A stretch of DNA of 64,000 nucleotides from positions 29,698,001-29,762,000 of the forward strand of contig CM052837.1 in assembly GCA_028534125.1 (NCBI GenBank), in the 5' to 3' direction. Every line of letters begins with the position of its first letter. Position 1 is the stretch's first letter. The notes below the pieces were generated by a model, which did no database searches, had not been told where the DNA came from, and saw nothing but the letters and a program-made list of their open reading frames with translations. The translations under genes and the position numbers were made by a program. Of the stretch, positions 52,401-64,000 are shown piece by piece. Source of the DNA: Lama glama. Its lineage: Eukaryota.

Positions 52401-52874
52401 GATGGACTTCGAAGGAAGAGCTGATAGGACTTGCCGCAGGACTGGAGTGTGGTGGGCGAGGGGGAAAGGCAAGGATGCTAGGATTCCAGTGGTGCCATTC
52501 ACCCAGCTGGCAGATAGGTGGCGCCATGATGAGGCTTGAGCTAGAGGCAGCCTTTCCAGGTGGTGGGATGATGGACAGGAGAGGGTGGGGGCAAATCTCA
52601 GAGAGCAGGGATGGGGGCCTCGCACATGGATGGACGGATGGATGGTGCCTGACCACCACAGCTGACCTGGTGACTGTGTGTGTTGGAGGGGATGAGGTGG
52701 CATTAGCTGGTGGCTTTGACCTGGCTGAGCTGGAGAAGGCAGGAGGGCCAGGCTAGCAGAGATGTGGTGAAACCCAGAGGCCAGTGTCCCCCGTGCCCAG
52801 TGCCCACTTCCCCGCTGAAGCTGCCCTCCACCCCAGGCCCAAGTGGTGGGTGCAGGTAGACACTACTAGGGGGG

Positions 52875-53390
52875 TATGGTCAGCAGAGTAATGCCTCCCC
52901 CCCCCCCAACCCCGGCCAAAAGATGTCCATGTCCTGACCCTAATCCTTGGAACCTGTGAATATGTTAGATTATGTGACAGGGAGGAATCAAGGTTACAGA
53001 TGAAAGTAAGGTTGCTACTCAGCTTCTTTGGAGGTGGGGAGATTTTCCTGGATTCTCTGGAGGCCTATGTCACAACAAGGGTCCCTAAAAGATGGAGGAG
53101 AGAGGCAGGAGAGTGTGCCAGAGTGATGCAGTGCTCCGAGAAAGGCCCGACTGGCCAATGCCGGCTTTGAAGATGGAAGGGGCCTCGAGCCAAGGAAAGC
53201 CAGCAGCCTCAAGACGCGGAGACAGGCAAAGAATGGACTCTCTCTGAGACCCTCCAGAAAAGAACACAGCCTGCCCACACCTTTATTTTAGCCCTGTGAG
53301 CCCCCTTCGAGACCTCTGTTCTCCAGAAGTGTGAGGTAGTAAGCTTGTGTTGGTTTAATCCACTCCGTCTGTGGTGATCTGCTACAGGGG
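52875..53390 (+). mobile_element. MLT1D-type MaLR LTR
   Basis: aaagatgtccatgtcct...ggaacctgtgaatatgtta...ggctttgaagatggaagggg...cctccagaaaagaacacagcc. Confidence 0.8.
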
Positions 53391-56300
53391 GTGTTGAGAA
53401 AAAGCTGGTTGTCCTCCAGCTTGGGGGGCAGCTTACTGATGACCCCATGCTGGAGAAGCAGAAGGGCCCCTGGTTCTGAAATCAGGAGACCAGGGTCCAA
53501 GGCCAGTTACTCTGTGACTTTGGACAAGTCCTGTCCAGTCTCTGAGATGCAGTTTCCTTGTCTGTAAAATGGGGATATGAATGTCTCTTACCTCCTTGAG
53601 TTACGGTGAGGACTAAAGCAGCTGACACGGGTGATGGGCTCAGCCCAATGCTTGCCACACAGTGGACCCTCCATGGGCCTGCTCTGTTATTATTAGCTAT
53701 GGTGGGCAGTCTATCATTCCCCTCTACCAGCCAAGGGTGACTCCTTTCTTGACCTGATCCAGCGGGACTGGAACACAGCACTGTCTGACCCTTAGAGCCC
53801 GGTGCTGGAGGGAGTGCTGTCTGCTGTGGCCTCCAGGAAAGCCATCAGGAATACTGAGGGGAACGAAGGATATTGGTGCCTTAAGACCCAGGAACCCCAC
53901 TCCTATATTCCCCAGACCCGGGTCTGCAGGGGTTGTGATAGACATGGTCCATAATATGTTATTGGCACTTGGATCCTTGACTCAGGATTTGCTTCTGGAG
54001 ACTCAGGTCCAAGCAAGGAACAAGGTACAAGAACGTGCATCCTGTGTTGCTTTGGTGCTAGCAGGTCCCCTAGTGTCCAGCCCAGGGGGACATGAACAGG
54101 AGAGCTGCAGCAGATGCAGATGGCAGACTCCTGTAGGCTGCGCAGGAATTAGAAGCAATGGACTAGATGTAGGTTTAGCAACACATTTAGATCTTAGAAG
54201 CATGGTGCCGAGTGGAAAATGAAACAGAAGTTTATAGCACTATGCTATTTATGTAAATGAACACACACACAACATGACATATTTTACAAAGACTCAAGCA
54301 CGTGTAAGGATCTGTATCAACCACAGGGAGGGTGCCTGGGGGGGGGGTGCGGGGAAGGGGAATAAGCTCGGGGACCGGAATGCAAGGGGACAATGAATAA
54401 GACGGCCTGGCACAGGCCAGTGATGAAGAGTGGTAGGTAGGAAGTACAGAATGTGGTTAGCACCACTCTGGGTTTTAGTCCAGGTTTTAAAAAAAAGAAA
54501 AAGAAGAGCATGGAAACAATCAAGCCACCAGGTTCTGAATCTCCCTGGATTCCGTAGAGATACAGATTCCCAGGCTCCTTCCCAGACCATCTCAATCAGA
54601 ATCCCTAAGGGGGGGCCCCAGGAACTGGCATGTTTGAAGGCTCCCCGAGAGCCTGCTGAAGTGTGAGCGAGAGGGGAGGGAGGGGGCCAGGAATGCCTGC
54701 AGACCACCTTCGGCCTGGGGCTGAAGGAGCTTCTCTGGGCTTTGGTGGGGAGCCCCCGGCCCAACTTCTAAATCTCCTTGGGGTTCTGGGAGGCTCCACG
54801 CTAGGGGAACTTCACTGGAGAAGCGGAAACCCTCTGCTTGGAGAGAAAAACCTGCACTGGGCCTGCCTGGATCAAATGCCCCTTCGTGAGCCCACCAACC
54901 TGCTGACACTCCCCGTGCAATTTCTTCTCCTTTCTCCTGGGAGAGAGGTGATGTTCAGAAGCTATGACGGAGGCTGAGTACACATTTCCAGAGAGCATTT
55001 AAACCAGGAGTTCTGAGGGGCAGGTCCCCCTGCCCCTCAAGGAGGCTGCTCTGTGTCAGCATCTGACTTTGAGGGCGGGGTGCAGGGCCTGGGGGGCAGG
55101 ACTCAGGCGTGGGGAGCAGGGTGGGAGAAGGTCCAAGTGAGGCTTGCCTGGCCATCACTGCTGCCGCTGCTAATAACCCTTCAGCCTGATACGACCATCT
55201 GCATCCACTAGTCGCCGGCCCTCTTCTGAGCCTGTTTCCTCCCTCTAAAGCGGGGTAGGTGGCCTGTTCTGAGGATCTGGTGAGCGGAGGTTTGTTGCAG
55301 GTATGATCACCATCACCTGATTGCTCATCACCATGACCACATCCCACCAAGGACATGTAGGGTCCCACAAACTGTTATGTGCTGATCCCAACTGCTGAAA
55401 CACCTCTTGGGTCTCTCTGGGGTTTTAACAAACTGCTGTACTCTCTCAACTTCACTCTTCCAGTCCTATGCCCGTCCCTTAGGACAGAGCTCTCGGTCTT
55501 TCTTTTGAGTGGGAGGGGGGAATGCAGAGAGCGCTCGAACCACTCCCAGTGCTGTGACACCACCCATCCCAGCCTCCCTTAATTACACACTAAGTGGCAG
55601 GCACTGTGGAAGAGCCTTAACTGCACGAGCCCACGTCCTTCCCTAAGAGGCAGGTGTTACTATTAACACCCCCATTTTACAGATGAGGCAATTGAGGCTT
55701 TGAGAAGCGAAAACTCCTGACTCCGGATAAGTGACGAAGCCAGACTCCATCGAGGTCTGTGGGACTCCAGGCAAACCTCTTTGACTCTGCATCTTAATGC
55801 CTCCTTGCATCATGGGATCCTGGGGGCGGGGAGGCGGGGGCCCACCAGCAGCAGCAAGCCAGAGACTAGGTCTCTCATCTCTATTTCCTCCGGACGGCCT
55901 TTTGAAAAGTCTTTGGGGAGCGGGGAGAAGCAGGCAATTGCCCACAGCTGGGGAAACATCTTTACGCCTACTGTGCACCTGCACAAGAAGAGAGTTAAGA
56001 AAACAAAACTCCTGGTTTTGTCAAGTTCCGGATTGCCATTTTGGTCTCTGGGCAGAACTCTCCTGTGGTGCAGACAGGCACCAGCGAGGGTGAGGGTGTG
56101 GTCCCCTGGACCAGGCTGCCTGGTTCAGCATTTACTAGCTGTGCAGCCTTATGCAAATAAAATAACTTCACCTCTCTGTGCCTGGATATCCTCAGCTGTG
56201 AACTGGGGTCATCACTGCACTGGCCTCCTAAGTGCTTGGAGCTGTGCCCGGCACGTCAGAAGGGCTCTGTTTGCTAGAATGGCTTCTGTGCAGCAAGCTT

Positions 56301-56489
56301 GGCACCTCCCCTGCTCACCCCTCCCCTTGCATTTCCTTTCTTAGAGGAGGAATGTGAAGCAGACAACACCTTCCAGACGGCTAGACCTCAGTGCTGACTC
56401 TCCCTCTCACTTGGCACTGAAGCCAAGTCACTCACTCGGTTGGGCCTCAGTTTCCTCATCAATAACATACACTGAGGAGGCGTGCTCTT

Positions 56490-56905
56490 CTGGTCGCAGA
56501 ATAATTTCTCAAAGACATCCACGTTCTAATCTAACCCATGAATATGTTACCTTCCACGGCGAAAGAGATTTTGCTGGTGTGATTAAATCAAGGATTCTGA
56601 GATGGGGAGATGACCCGGGATTGTCTGGTGGGCTCAAACACAAGGATTCATATAAGAAGGAGGCAGGAGGATCAGAGTCAGAGAAAGAGACGTGATGACA
56701 GAAGCAGAGGTTGGAGTGACGTGAAGCCAGGAGACAAGTATGCAGGAAAAGGCAAAGAAACGGACGCTCCCCCAGAAGGAACACAGCCCTGCCGACCCCT
56801 TGATGAGACCCATTTGGACTTCCATTCTCCCAAACTGAAGGTAATACATTTGTGTTGCTTTACGCCACTAAACTGGTGGTAACATGTGGCGGCAGGAAAC
56901 TAATC
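56490..56905 (+). mobile_element. MLT1-type MaLR LTR
   Basis: catgaatatgttacctt...gtgattaaatcaaggattctgagatggggag...cagaaggaacacagccctgcc...ggaaactaa. Confidence 0.8.
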
Positions 56906-59699
56906 ATGTGCAATGCAACTTTCTTAAGAAGAAAAAAAGGCATTTCTCTCCTGAGCTCCATGAGCTTTGGCTCCTTTCTCTCCCACCGCACTGGCCAACC
57001 TGTGTCATTCCCTGACTCCAAGCGGGTGTCGCGGGGACCCATCACCTCTCCGTGCAGCCCTTTCCCTGTCTGTGCAGCTTCATCCGTCAGGGCCAGGGCT
57101 CCTGGCTGGGCTGACTCAGAGGCGGGTCATGCCGCATTAATCCTCAATTAAAACGTTAATCAAAACGGATCCAGCCATTAGGCTGGCCCAGGTCCTGGCA
57201 TGCTGGCTCTCTGTGAGATGCTGTGCCCGGGTGCAGAATCTGTCTTTCCTGACTACCTCCTGTCCACCCTGGTTACAGTCCAGCCATGCTGGACCTCAGT
57301 CCTCCTTCCTGTGAGCTGGGGCGCCAGTCACTGGGTAAGGGGAATATATTTGCTGGGAGCTGGGTTCTTTCCTCCTTCCCCCACCTGCTCCCAAAGAGAG
57401 AACATGCCAGAGTCCCCCCGCCCCCATAAAGAAGACAGAGGCAGCCTGGGGAGCCTCCCTGCTCTGTTCCTGGCAAGATAACACCACGTGCACGTTTGCC
57501 TTCCACCAGGAGGTGCTTTGGGGTGGGAGCCAGAAGGACCCTTTCAGTTTGCCTCCTCGCAGCCCCCAGTTTGAGAACAGGCTTGGGGAGCAGTGAGGAC
57601 CCTGGGGGAGCAGGAAGGGGACACCTGCTTAAACAGTCCCTCGTTTCTTTTTCCTTAGGAAGTGTTAAGGCTGCAGTGTCTGTGCTGAGCAGGGCGGGAA
57701 GGGAGGCGGGAAGGAAGGAGAGCGGGGTTGTGCCCCCTGCCCTGGGAGGCAGGTGTGAGGCAGTCCCCACAGAGCAGGGGAGAAGACGAAGCACCAGTCA
57801 GCTCCTCTCTGTAGCGCAGTCACCGTAGGCTCTGATTTTGTTAGACTTCTGCTCTAGGACAAAAGTGGCCAATGGTGGTTGAGTGCTTGCAGCTAAACTT
57901 GCCTTTCCCTTTTTATTAATTCTATTTAGAGTGGCTTCTCCAAGCCGCCATTTTCCACCCTGGGGCTCCATCTCTGGGTTTAATGAGTCAACCAAGAGTA
58001 GATTCCCAGACCTCTATATCTTTGGCAACCGGAAATGTCTCTTCCTCACATTTGGAAAGGGGATATGGAGAAAGGACAGCCCAGTCAAGACACCTTTTAG
58101 GGGTCTCGGGGGTTAATTCCTCAGTCCCAGCTTGAGTCTCTTAGCCCTGCACCCAGGACACATCTCTCTGCTCTTTTGTTCCCTGGGGCAACCCCCTCAC
58201 CTCTTGCCAGAGCCCAGCTGTGTGTCTGGTGCAGAGAATTCAAAATGGCAGTGGGACGGGACCCTAGCCCCCAGATCTGCCCCATTCAGAGTCCAGGACT
58301 CCCCCAGCCTGGTTCCTCAATCAAGCCTTGGTACATAATCAAGGCTGTCTTTTTCCAGTACACTCACGGTCCCCTGTGGGTTTGGAGTGTGTCCCAAGAC
58401 AGACATCTTTCCACTGGAATGGGCTGGCTTAGGGCGTGAGTGATGAGGGCAACCCCCAGGGGCCATCCTCACCTGTCTTCAAGCACACCTTCCCTCCCTC
58501 CCTGCTCAGCAGGTGCCTCTGAGCTCCAAGACAGAGAACTTGCAGGTCAGGCTTAGATCTGACAGGTCCTGAGAAGTCTACTCAAGAAAGCTGGCATGCC
58601 TTGGCCCCTCCCTTGGCTCCAGCACTGGGTCCGAATCTCCAGCAGAACCAAACTTTCCTTGCTCTGGTGAGGCTCCCCAAAGTGTCTCTGATTGCAGTCA
58701 TGTGTGTGTGGGTATTAAACACACCCTAGCGACTAAACCTCTGCTTAGATTCACAGAATCAGGAGCAGCCCCCCCTCCTGTCCAACACACACAATGAATC
58801 AGAGCAGTTCCTGCTCCCTCCTCTCACCTCCCCTGCATTGATCTCAAGGTGTCAGCCAAGGGGGTCTCTGCATCTCTCTCATTCACCTTGGTGACTTTGG
58901 TGCCAGGCACCCTTTCTGAGCTTAAGAATAGCTTAAGTAAATGCCTGCTGAATGGACAACTTAACTAATACACCCCATTGGTGGGAGCCTGCCCTCATTA
59001 GAAAGATCAGTGTTTCTCAATGCCTTCCCCATTATTGCCCACCCCTAAGGAGTTTTCTAAAGACCTTTTCTTCTTATCTAACAACCTATTCCAGCCTCCC
59101 CCCTCCCCTTGAGAATGAATGCAGTAGATGAACCAAGGGAAGGCCATTCTGCAACCTGTCCAGTGACCTGCTTATGCACATGGGGGCTGCTCTCCAAGCT
59201 GCAAGCCAGCTTTCATCCTATCCCGCCCCCAACCCATCCCTCTCTTTCACAATTCTCTCCCCAGCACAGGGCCTCAATAACTGTTCAGTGAATGAAATAA
59301 TGAACGCTGGGCACTTGGTGTGGTGAGCTGCACATAGTAGGTGCTCAACCAATCTTTATCCAATCCATGAATGAATGGATGAATGAATGAATGAACTTCT
59401 CTTTTCCTTCCTCACCCAAAGATTCCAGTCTATCCAGGCTGAGCCCTTTGGGGTAGGGAAGCCCTGAAGGCTGAGGAGGCGACCTTCCCCTCCGTGAACA
59501 GAGCTTTCTCGGAGTCCCCAGCGCCTAGCACACAGTAGGCGCTCAATAAAAGTTTGTGGCAGTAATGAGTGACTCAATAAAGCCCACTGATGGGATGCTC
59601 CATCATGTGCCTAAGGAGTGAATGAACCAGTGACAGACGCCCCTCTACCACCTCCTCCCAACACTCCCTCCTCCCAGGATCCTCCCGCGAGGCCGTGAG

Positions 59700-61100
59700 A
59701 AACGTCTGCCACGGCCAGGAGGTCACCTCCCCCCGCCCTGTCACTTCGTACCCCGGGGACCCCCGGGAAGCACAGAAGCCGGACCAGCACTGTGACCATG
59801 GCGAACGCACTCCACAGCTGCTGCCGGGTCCTCGGTGGCCTCAGCCGCTGCCCTCATCGGCTTTCGGGGTCCCCCCGGGGAAGCCGGGGCCACGGACACG
59901 TGCAACCCCCCCCCCCGGAGCCAGAGTCCGCCCGCCCGGCGGCACCCGGCGAGGCTGCAGCGCGCCAAGTTCCCACCTCAAGTTCGCGACACGGCGTCCC
60001 CTCAGCCGAGTTGGCCGGGCCGCGGCTCCCGTCCCCCGGCTGCCGGCGGGTCCCGGTGAAGTCGCAGTCAGGGGCTGGAAGCCGGCCGCGCCGCCTCCCG
60101 GAGCCGCCGGCAAACTTCGGCCCCCGGGCCCCGTTCAGCGCCGGCACTCGGCCCCGCGGCCACCTGCCTCTGCCTCCCGGTCCCCGCCGGGCTCCGAGTG
60201 CGCGGGGAGCGCCGCGCCGCCGCCGCCGCCGCGGAGGGAGGGAGGGAGCGGGGCGGGAGGCGGGCCGGAGGGAGGGGCGGCGAGCGGGGCGGGGAGCGCG
60301 GGCGGCGGCGGCGGCGGCGGCGGGGGGCGCGGGGCGCCGCGCGGAGCGGGCCCGGGGCGTCCGGGCGGCCCAGCGCCGGGCCCGGCACCTCGAATGCGCG
60401 GTGTTCCGCCAGGCGCGTCGCCGAGCCCCGGCCTGGCGCCTCCGCCGCTCTCCTCTCCCCCTTGCCCCGCCCGCCCTCGCCCTCGTGCTCCCCGTGCTCC
60501 GCTGCCCTCGGGCTGCACGCGCCCCGCCGCGCGCCGGCCTCCTGGGGTCGCGCGCCGTGTCACGTGCTTCTCTTGGCGGCTCAAGTGCCCCGCGGGTTCC
60601 GGACCCCTGGCGCCACTGCCCCGCGCTCCAACATGCCACGTAAAGTCCCCACGCTCCGCTGCCCCGGGGCCTCGCGCGCCACGCGCTTCGACATTACGGG
60701 GCCCACGCGCCCAGTTCAGTGCTTTTGCCTGGAGGTCCAAGTGCGCCTTTGCCCTTGGCCTCCTCCTGCCACTGAGGGCCAGGGACTGCACAGCCCTTGC
60801 AGCGTCAACTTCTTAGGGACAGCACGTGCAGCACCAGGCGCCTTTCCCTTCAGGCTCCTGAGCGCCACCGCCCCGGAGTCCCGGTGGCTCAAGTGCCCGC
60901 ACCCCACCGACGCAGGGCACTCGGACCGGGTTCTGGGGTCCCCGCGTTCGGCACAGGCCGCCGGCTGGGAGCGACGCCTCGCCTCGGAATTGGTAGGAGC
61001 GTCGCTTTTGCTGGGGTTTGGGTTGGAGGGCACCGCCCGGGAGAGGGCGCCGCCGCAGAGCCGGCTTTTTAGGGTCGCTGGCCTCCGACCCTCCTTTCCT
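59700..61100. promoter_or_regulatory. KCNG1 CpG-island promoter; probable non-coding exon 1 (~60230->59977)
   Basis: Extreme GC and CpG density, several GC boxes, (GGC)7 at 60301-60321, candidate minus-strand donor GAG|gtggga at 59976. Lies ~11.4 kb upstream of the KCNG1 coding exon, which has its own upstream acceptor. Confidence 0.75.
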
Positions 61101-64000
61101 CTTTTCCTTCCAGTCTCTACCGCCGTTTCTTACCATCACAGAACCAAGCAAGGTCGGGACGAAACCCTGCTGGGGGCCCAGCCTGTGGCCTTTTCCTTAA
61201 GGGTGGGGAGCAGGCTCCGGAGTTGGGAGCGCCCACGCTGTAGAGGACTTATGAAAAGGAATAGGGTTAGGGAGTCATTCATTCGACAGACGTTGGCCCT
61301 CTGGTGCTGTGGAGGCCACCACTACAGGGACTTGGCCCCAAGAACTTACTTTCTGCTGGGAGAGGCAGAACCAGGAAAACCGCTGAGGCCTCCGAATGGA
61401 GCCTGTTAGAAGGGCGGGGAAGGACCCAGAGTAGGGCGCTGGGGGTGCAGACCGAGGGAGACCACTTTACACAGACCTCAGAGGAGGTGACATTTGCATA
61501 CAGCCCTGAACAAGGACAAGGAGCCCATCTTTGGAAGATCAGGGAAGAGCGCTTTCCTGGTGGCTGGAACAGCAAAGGCAATGACCCTGCAGCAGGAGGG
61601 AGGGAGGTGTGTTTGAGGAACAGCAGAGACAGCAGAGGGGGCGTTGGGGAGAGTGCGTAGGAAGGGAGGTCCGCCTGGCTGTGTGGGCTTTGTGGTCAGG
61701 TGGCCCCTGGAGTGCACTTGGAGGAACACAGCTCTCTGTGGTGGGTCAGGCCCTGCCTTCCTCTCCCTTCTGAAAATTAGCATTTGTATCCTTTTTCCCT
61801 GCTTATTATCTGTCTGGCCACCAGACATCAAGCTCCATCAGGGCCAGGACTATGTGCTATCAGCATCTCCCACACTGCCTGGCACAGACAGACCATGCTT
61901 CTGCGCTGGTTTTTGGAGGAATGCTCAGGACAATTCTATGGGACAGATTCAATCGTCCCTGTGAGACAGGACTTCCCAAACACCACAAGATAAAGGTGTA
62001 GAGCAGGAGTTCTCAAACTTCTTATGCATCCGAATTCTCTGGAAGGCTTTTTAAAACCCAGATGGTTGGCCCCACCTCCTAAATTTCTGTTTCAGGGGGT
62101 ATTGGCTGGGGCCCTTCAAACAAGTTCCCTGCTGATGCTGCTGATCTGGGCATCATCACATTGAGAACGGCTGATGTTGAGGACTTGAGACTCAACCCCA
62201 CCGGGTCTGACTTCAAAGTTCACGTGAGCTGCTGCCAGATCCACGGGGGTGGGACTCAAGCCTTGCTTCCTATTGTGTTGGGTCAGCTGGACCTTATGAG
62301 CACCCCTGGGAGGGGCTGTCCCAAGGGGATGGGCGTAGCAGAACACTGTGTGCCTGAGTCAAATGTCAGGGTGACCTGTGGACAGAGGACCCCGAAACAC
62401 TGGTGGAGATCTCAGTCGAGACAATTCCTCCCACCCCTCACCCACCCCACATACACAGACTCGCTTGCTGTGTCCAGGAGTTAAATCACTGCCTGATCTT
62501 ATCCCTGACTTGTGCTAAACTATGTCCAATAAAATTCTTTTAAATCCTTTTAAGGAATTCCCTCTGCAGTTCCTCCCTCCCTTTAGAGCCTTCCAGATTT
62601 TCAGCTCGTCTCTTCTTATCTCCATTTTCCTCCTGAGAAGCCTTCCTTCTCAAGCTGTTGTGTGGAAATGGATGTTGCTGAAGCCCATGAGGGTTTCCTG
62701 AAAAGATGGAAACAGTCTGTTTGCTGCGCACCTACTAGGTGCCAGGCAGGTTGCCGGGTGATGTGTAGACGTCAGAGGCACCAAATGGGCCAGTTGGCAG
62801 GCTCTGGCTCACCAAGCTCTTTTATTTGACTCTGCTGGGTTAAAATTTTTTTAAAAAATTTTGAAAGAGTTGGCCAACTTTTAAAATTTGGGGAATTTCA
62901 CATACATTTTTTTCTTTGGAAACACCAGGAGACTGACTGACACCCCTCACAGGGGCGGTGTGCTGATGCTAGGTTGTGTCTCCCCCTTTGTCTGTGGTTT
63001 GCCCTTCAGCCCCCCGTCACGTCATGTAAGTTACCGTCGTACTTCCGGAAGCGTGAGCTGCTGCCTTCTCGTCTCGGTAAATTTTCTTGGGCCACACAGT
63101 AAATGGCAAAGCTGGATCTGAATCCAGGCCTGGCTGACCTCAAAGCCAAGCCTGTCACAGAAAAACAAGCTGCTAATAGTATTTGGGGGCAGGAGGAAGA
63201 CATGGTGTCACTGGCCCCAAGGAAATCCCTTAAAAGGGATTTACTGTCAGGGGTTTAAGAATATGCCTTACTTTCCATTCATAACCCACTGTCAGTAAGT
63301 CATAAAAGTTCTGGGTTGTTTTTCCATGGTCCCAAGGGTTATCCAGAGCTGTCCAGACTTTTAAATCCATCCTGCCCCTTGAGATGAAAGGCTTAGATTT
63401 GCAAGACAACTGATTAGAGTTAGGATGGGGGTGGCGGGGGGCCCTTGCAGGGGATGGGGTCTTCTCCCTTAGCTGTCCTGGCAGGGCGTCCAGCTGGGGT
63501 GTCCCTGGTGCATGGCTTGTTGTAGGAAAAGTACTACTTCAAGAGTCAGGATGGTGACGGGGGGGACGTTCACCTGTCACCTCCTCCAGCACTCTTTCTT
63601 CTGTGCCTCAGACGCCCCCAAGCAAGCCGCCTCCCTCTTCCGGGAGGGATCTTCCCATAAATTTCCACACAAGTGTTCCTTCGTGTCTCAGTCAGCTGTC
63701 ACTTCGGGACTCCTAGCGCAGAGGGGGAGGTTGAGGCATGCAAGGGTACAACTTAAGTCCTTTTTTTTTTAAGTTGCTATTTTGCTTATCATGGATTTGT
63801 TTTGCACTCATTTTGATTCTTAAAAAAATGTTGCCTCAAAACATTATTTATCTTGATGACTGAGCTGTTTTGGCACCTCCCTAAATTTTGCATCCCAGGG
63901 GAGTGCCCCACCTGCCTCACCCAGGTCCCAGGTGTGTTCCTAGTCTGGAGTGCTCTGGAACAGGAGTCAGGAGACCTGGGTTCTGGGCCAGCCTGTGCCA

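Noticed and set aside
59695-61409. Long ORFs (373, 283, 261, 218 and 403 aa) in several frames
   Set aside because: Low-complexity Pro/Arg/Gly/Ala translations on both strands are the expected stop-codon depletion of a very GC-rich CpG island.

Overview
Mammalian genomic DNA, most likely a camelid (it carries Vic-1-type tRNA-derived SINEs), syntenic with the DPM1-MOCS3-KCNG1 locus (human 20q13.13). Contents: DPM1 exons 1-2 (minus strand) head-to-head with intronless MOCS3 (plus strand) across a ~320 bp CpG-island bidirectional promoter; a full-length KXD1 processed retrocopy (open 176-codon ORF, 3' UTR, poly(A), 12-bp target-site duplication [TSD]); KCNG1/Kv6.1 (minus strand), whose two coding exons are interrupted by N-runs that keep the reading frame, plus a probable non-coding exon 1 in a CpG island at ~60 kb; and many ancient and lineage-specific repeats. 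The most interesting unexplained signal is a chain of about 12 minus-strand exon-like segments with GT/AG splice sites, in repeat-poor sequence between the KCNG1 3' end and MOCS3 (~21.0-40.9 kb). Several splice into long, nearly stop-free reading frames. This suggests a decayed multi-exon gene (unitary pseudogene) or a spliced lncRNA derived from one. I could not identify the protein. All repeat-family and homolog calls come from recognition by eye, not database searches.
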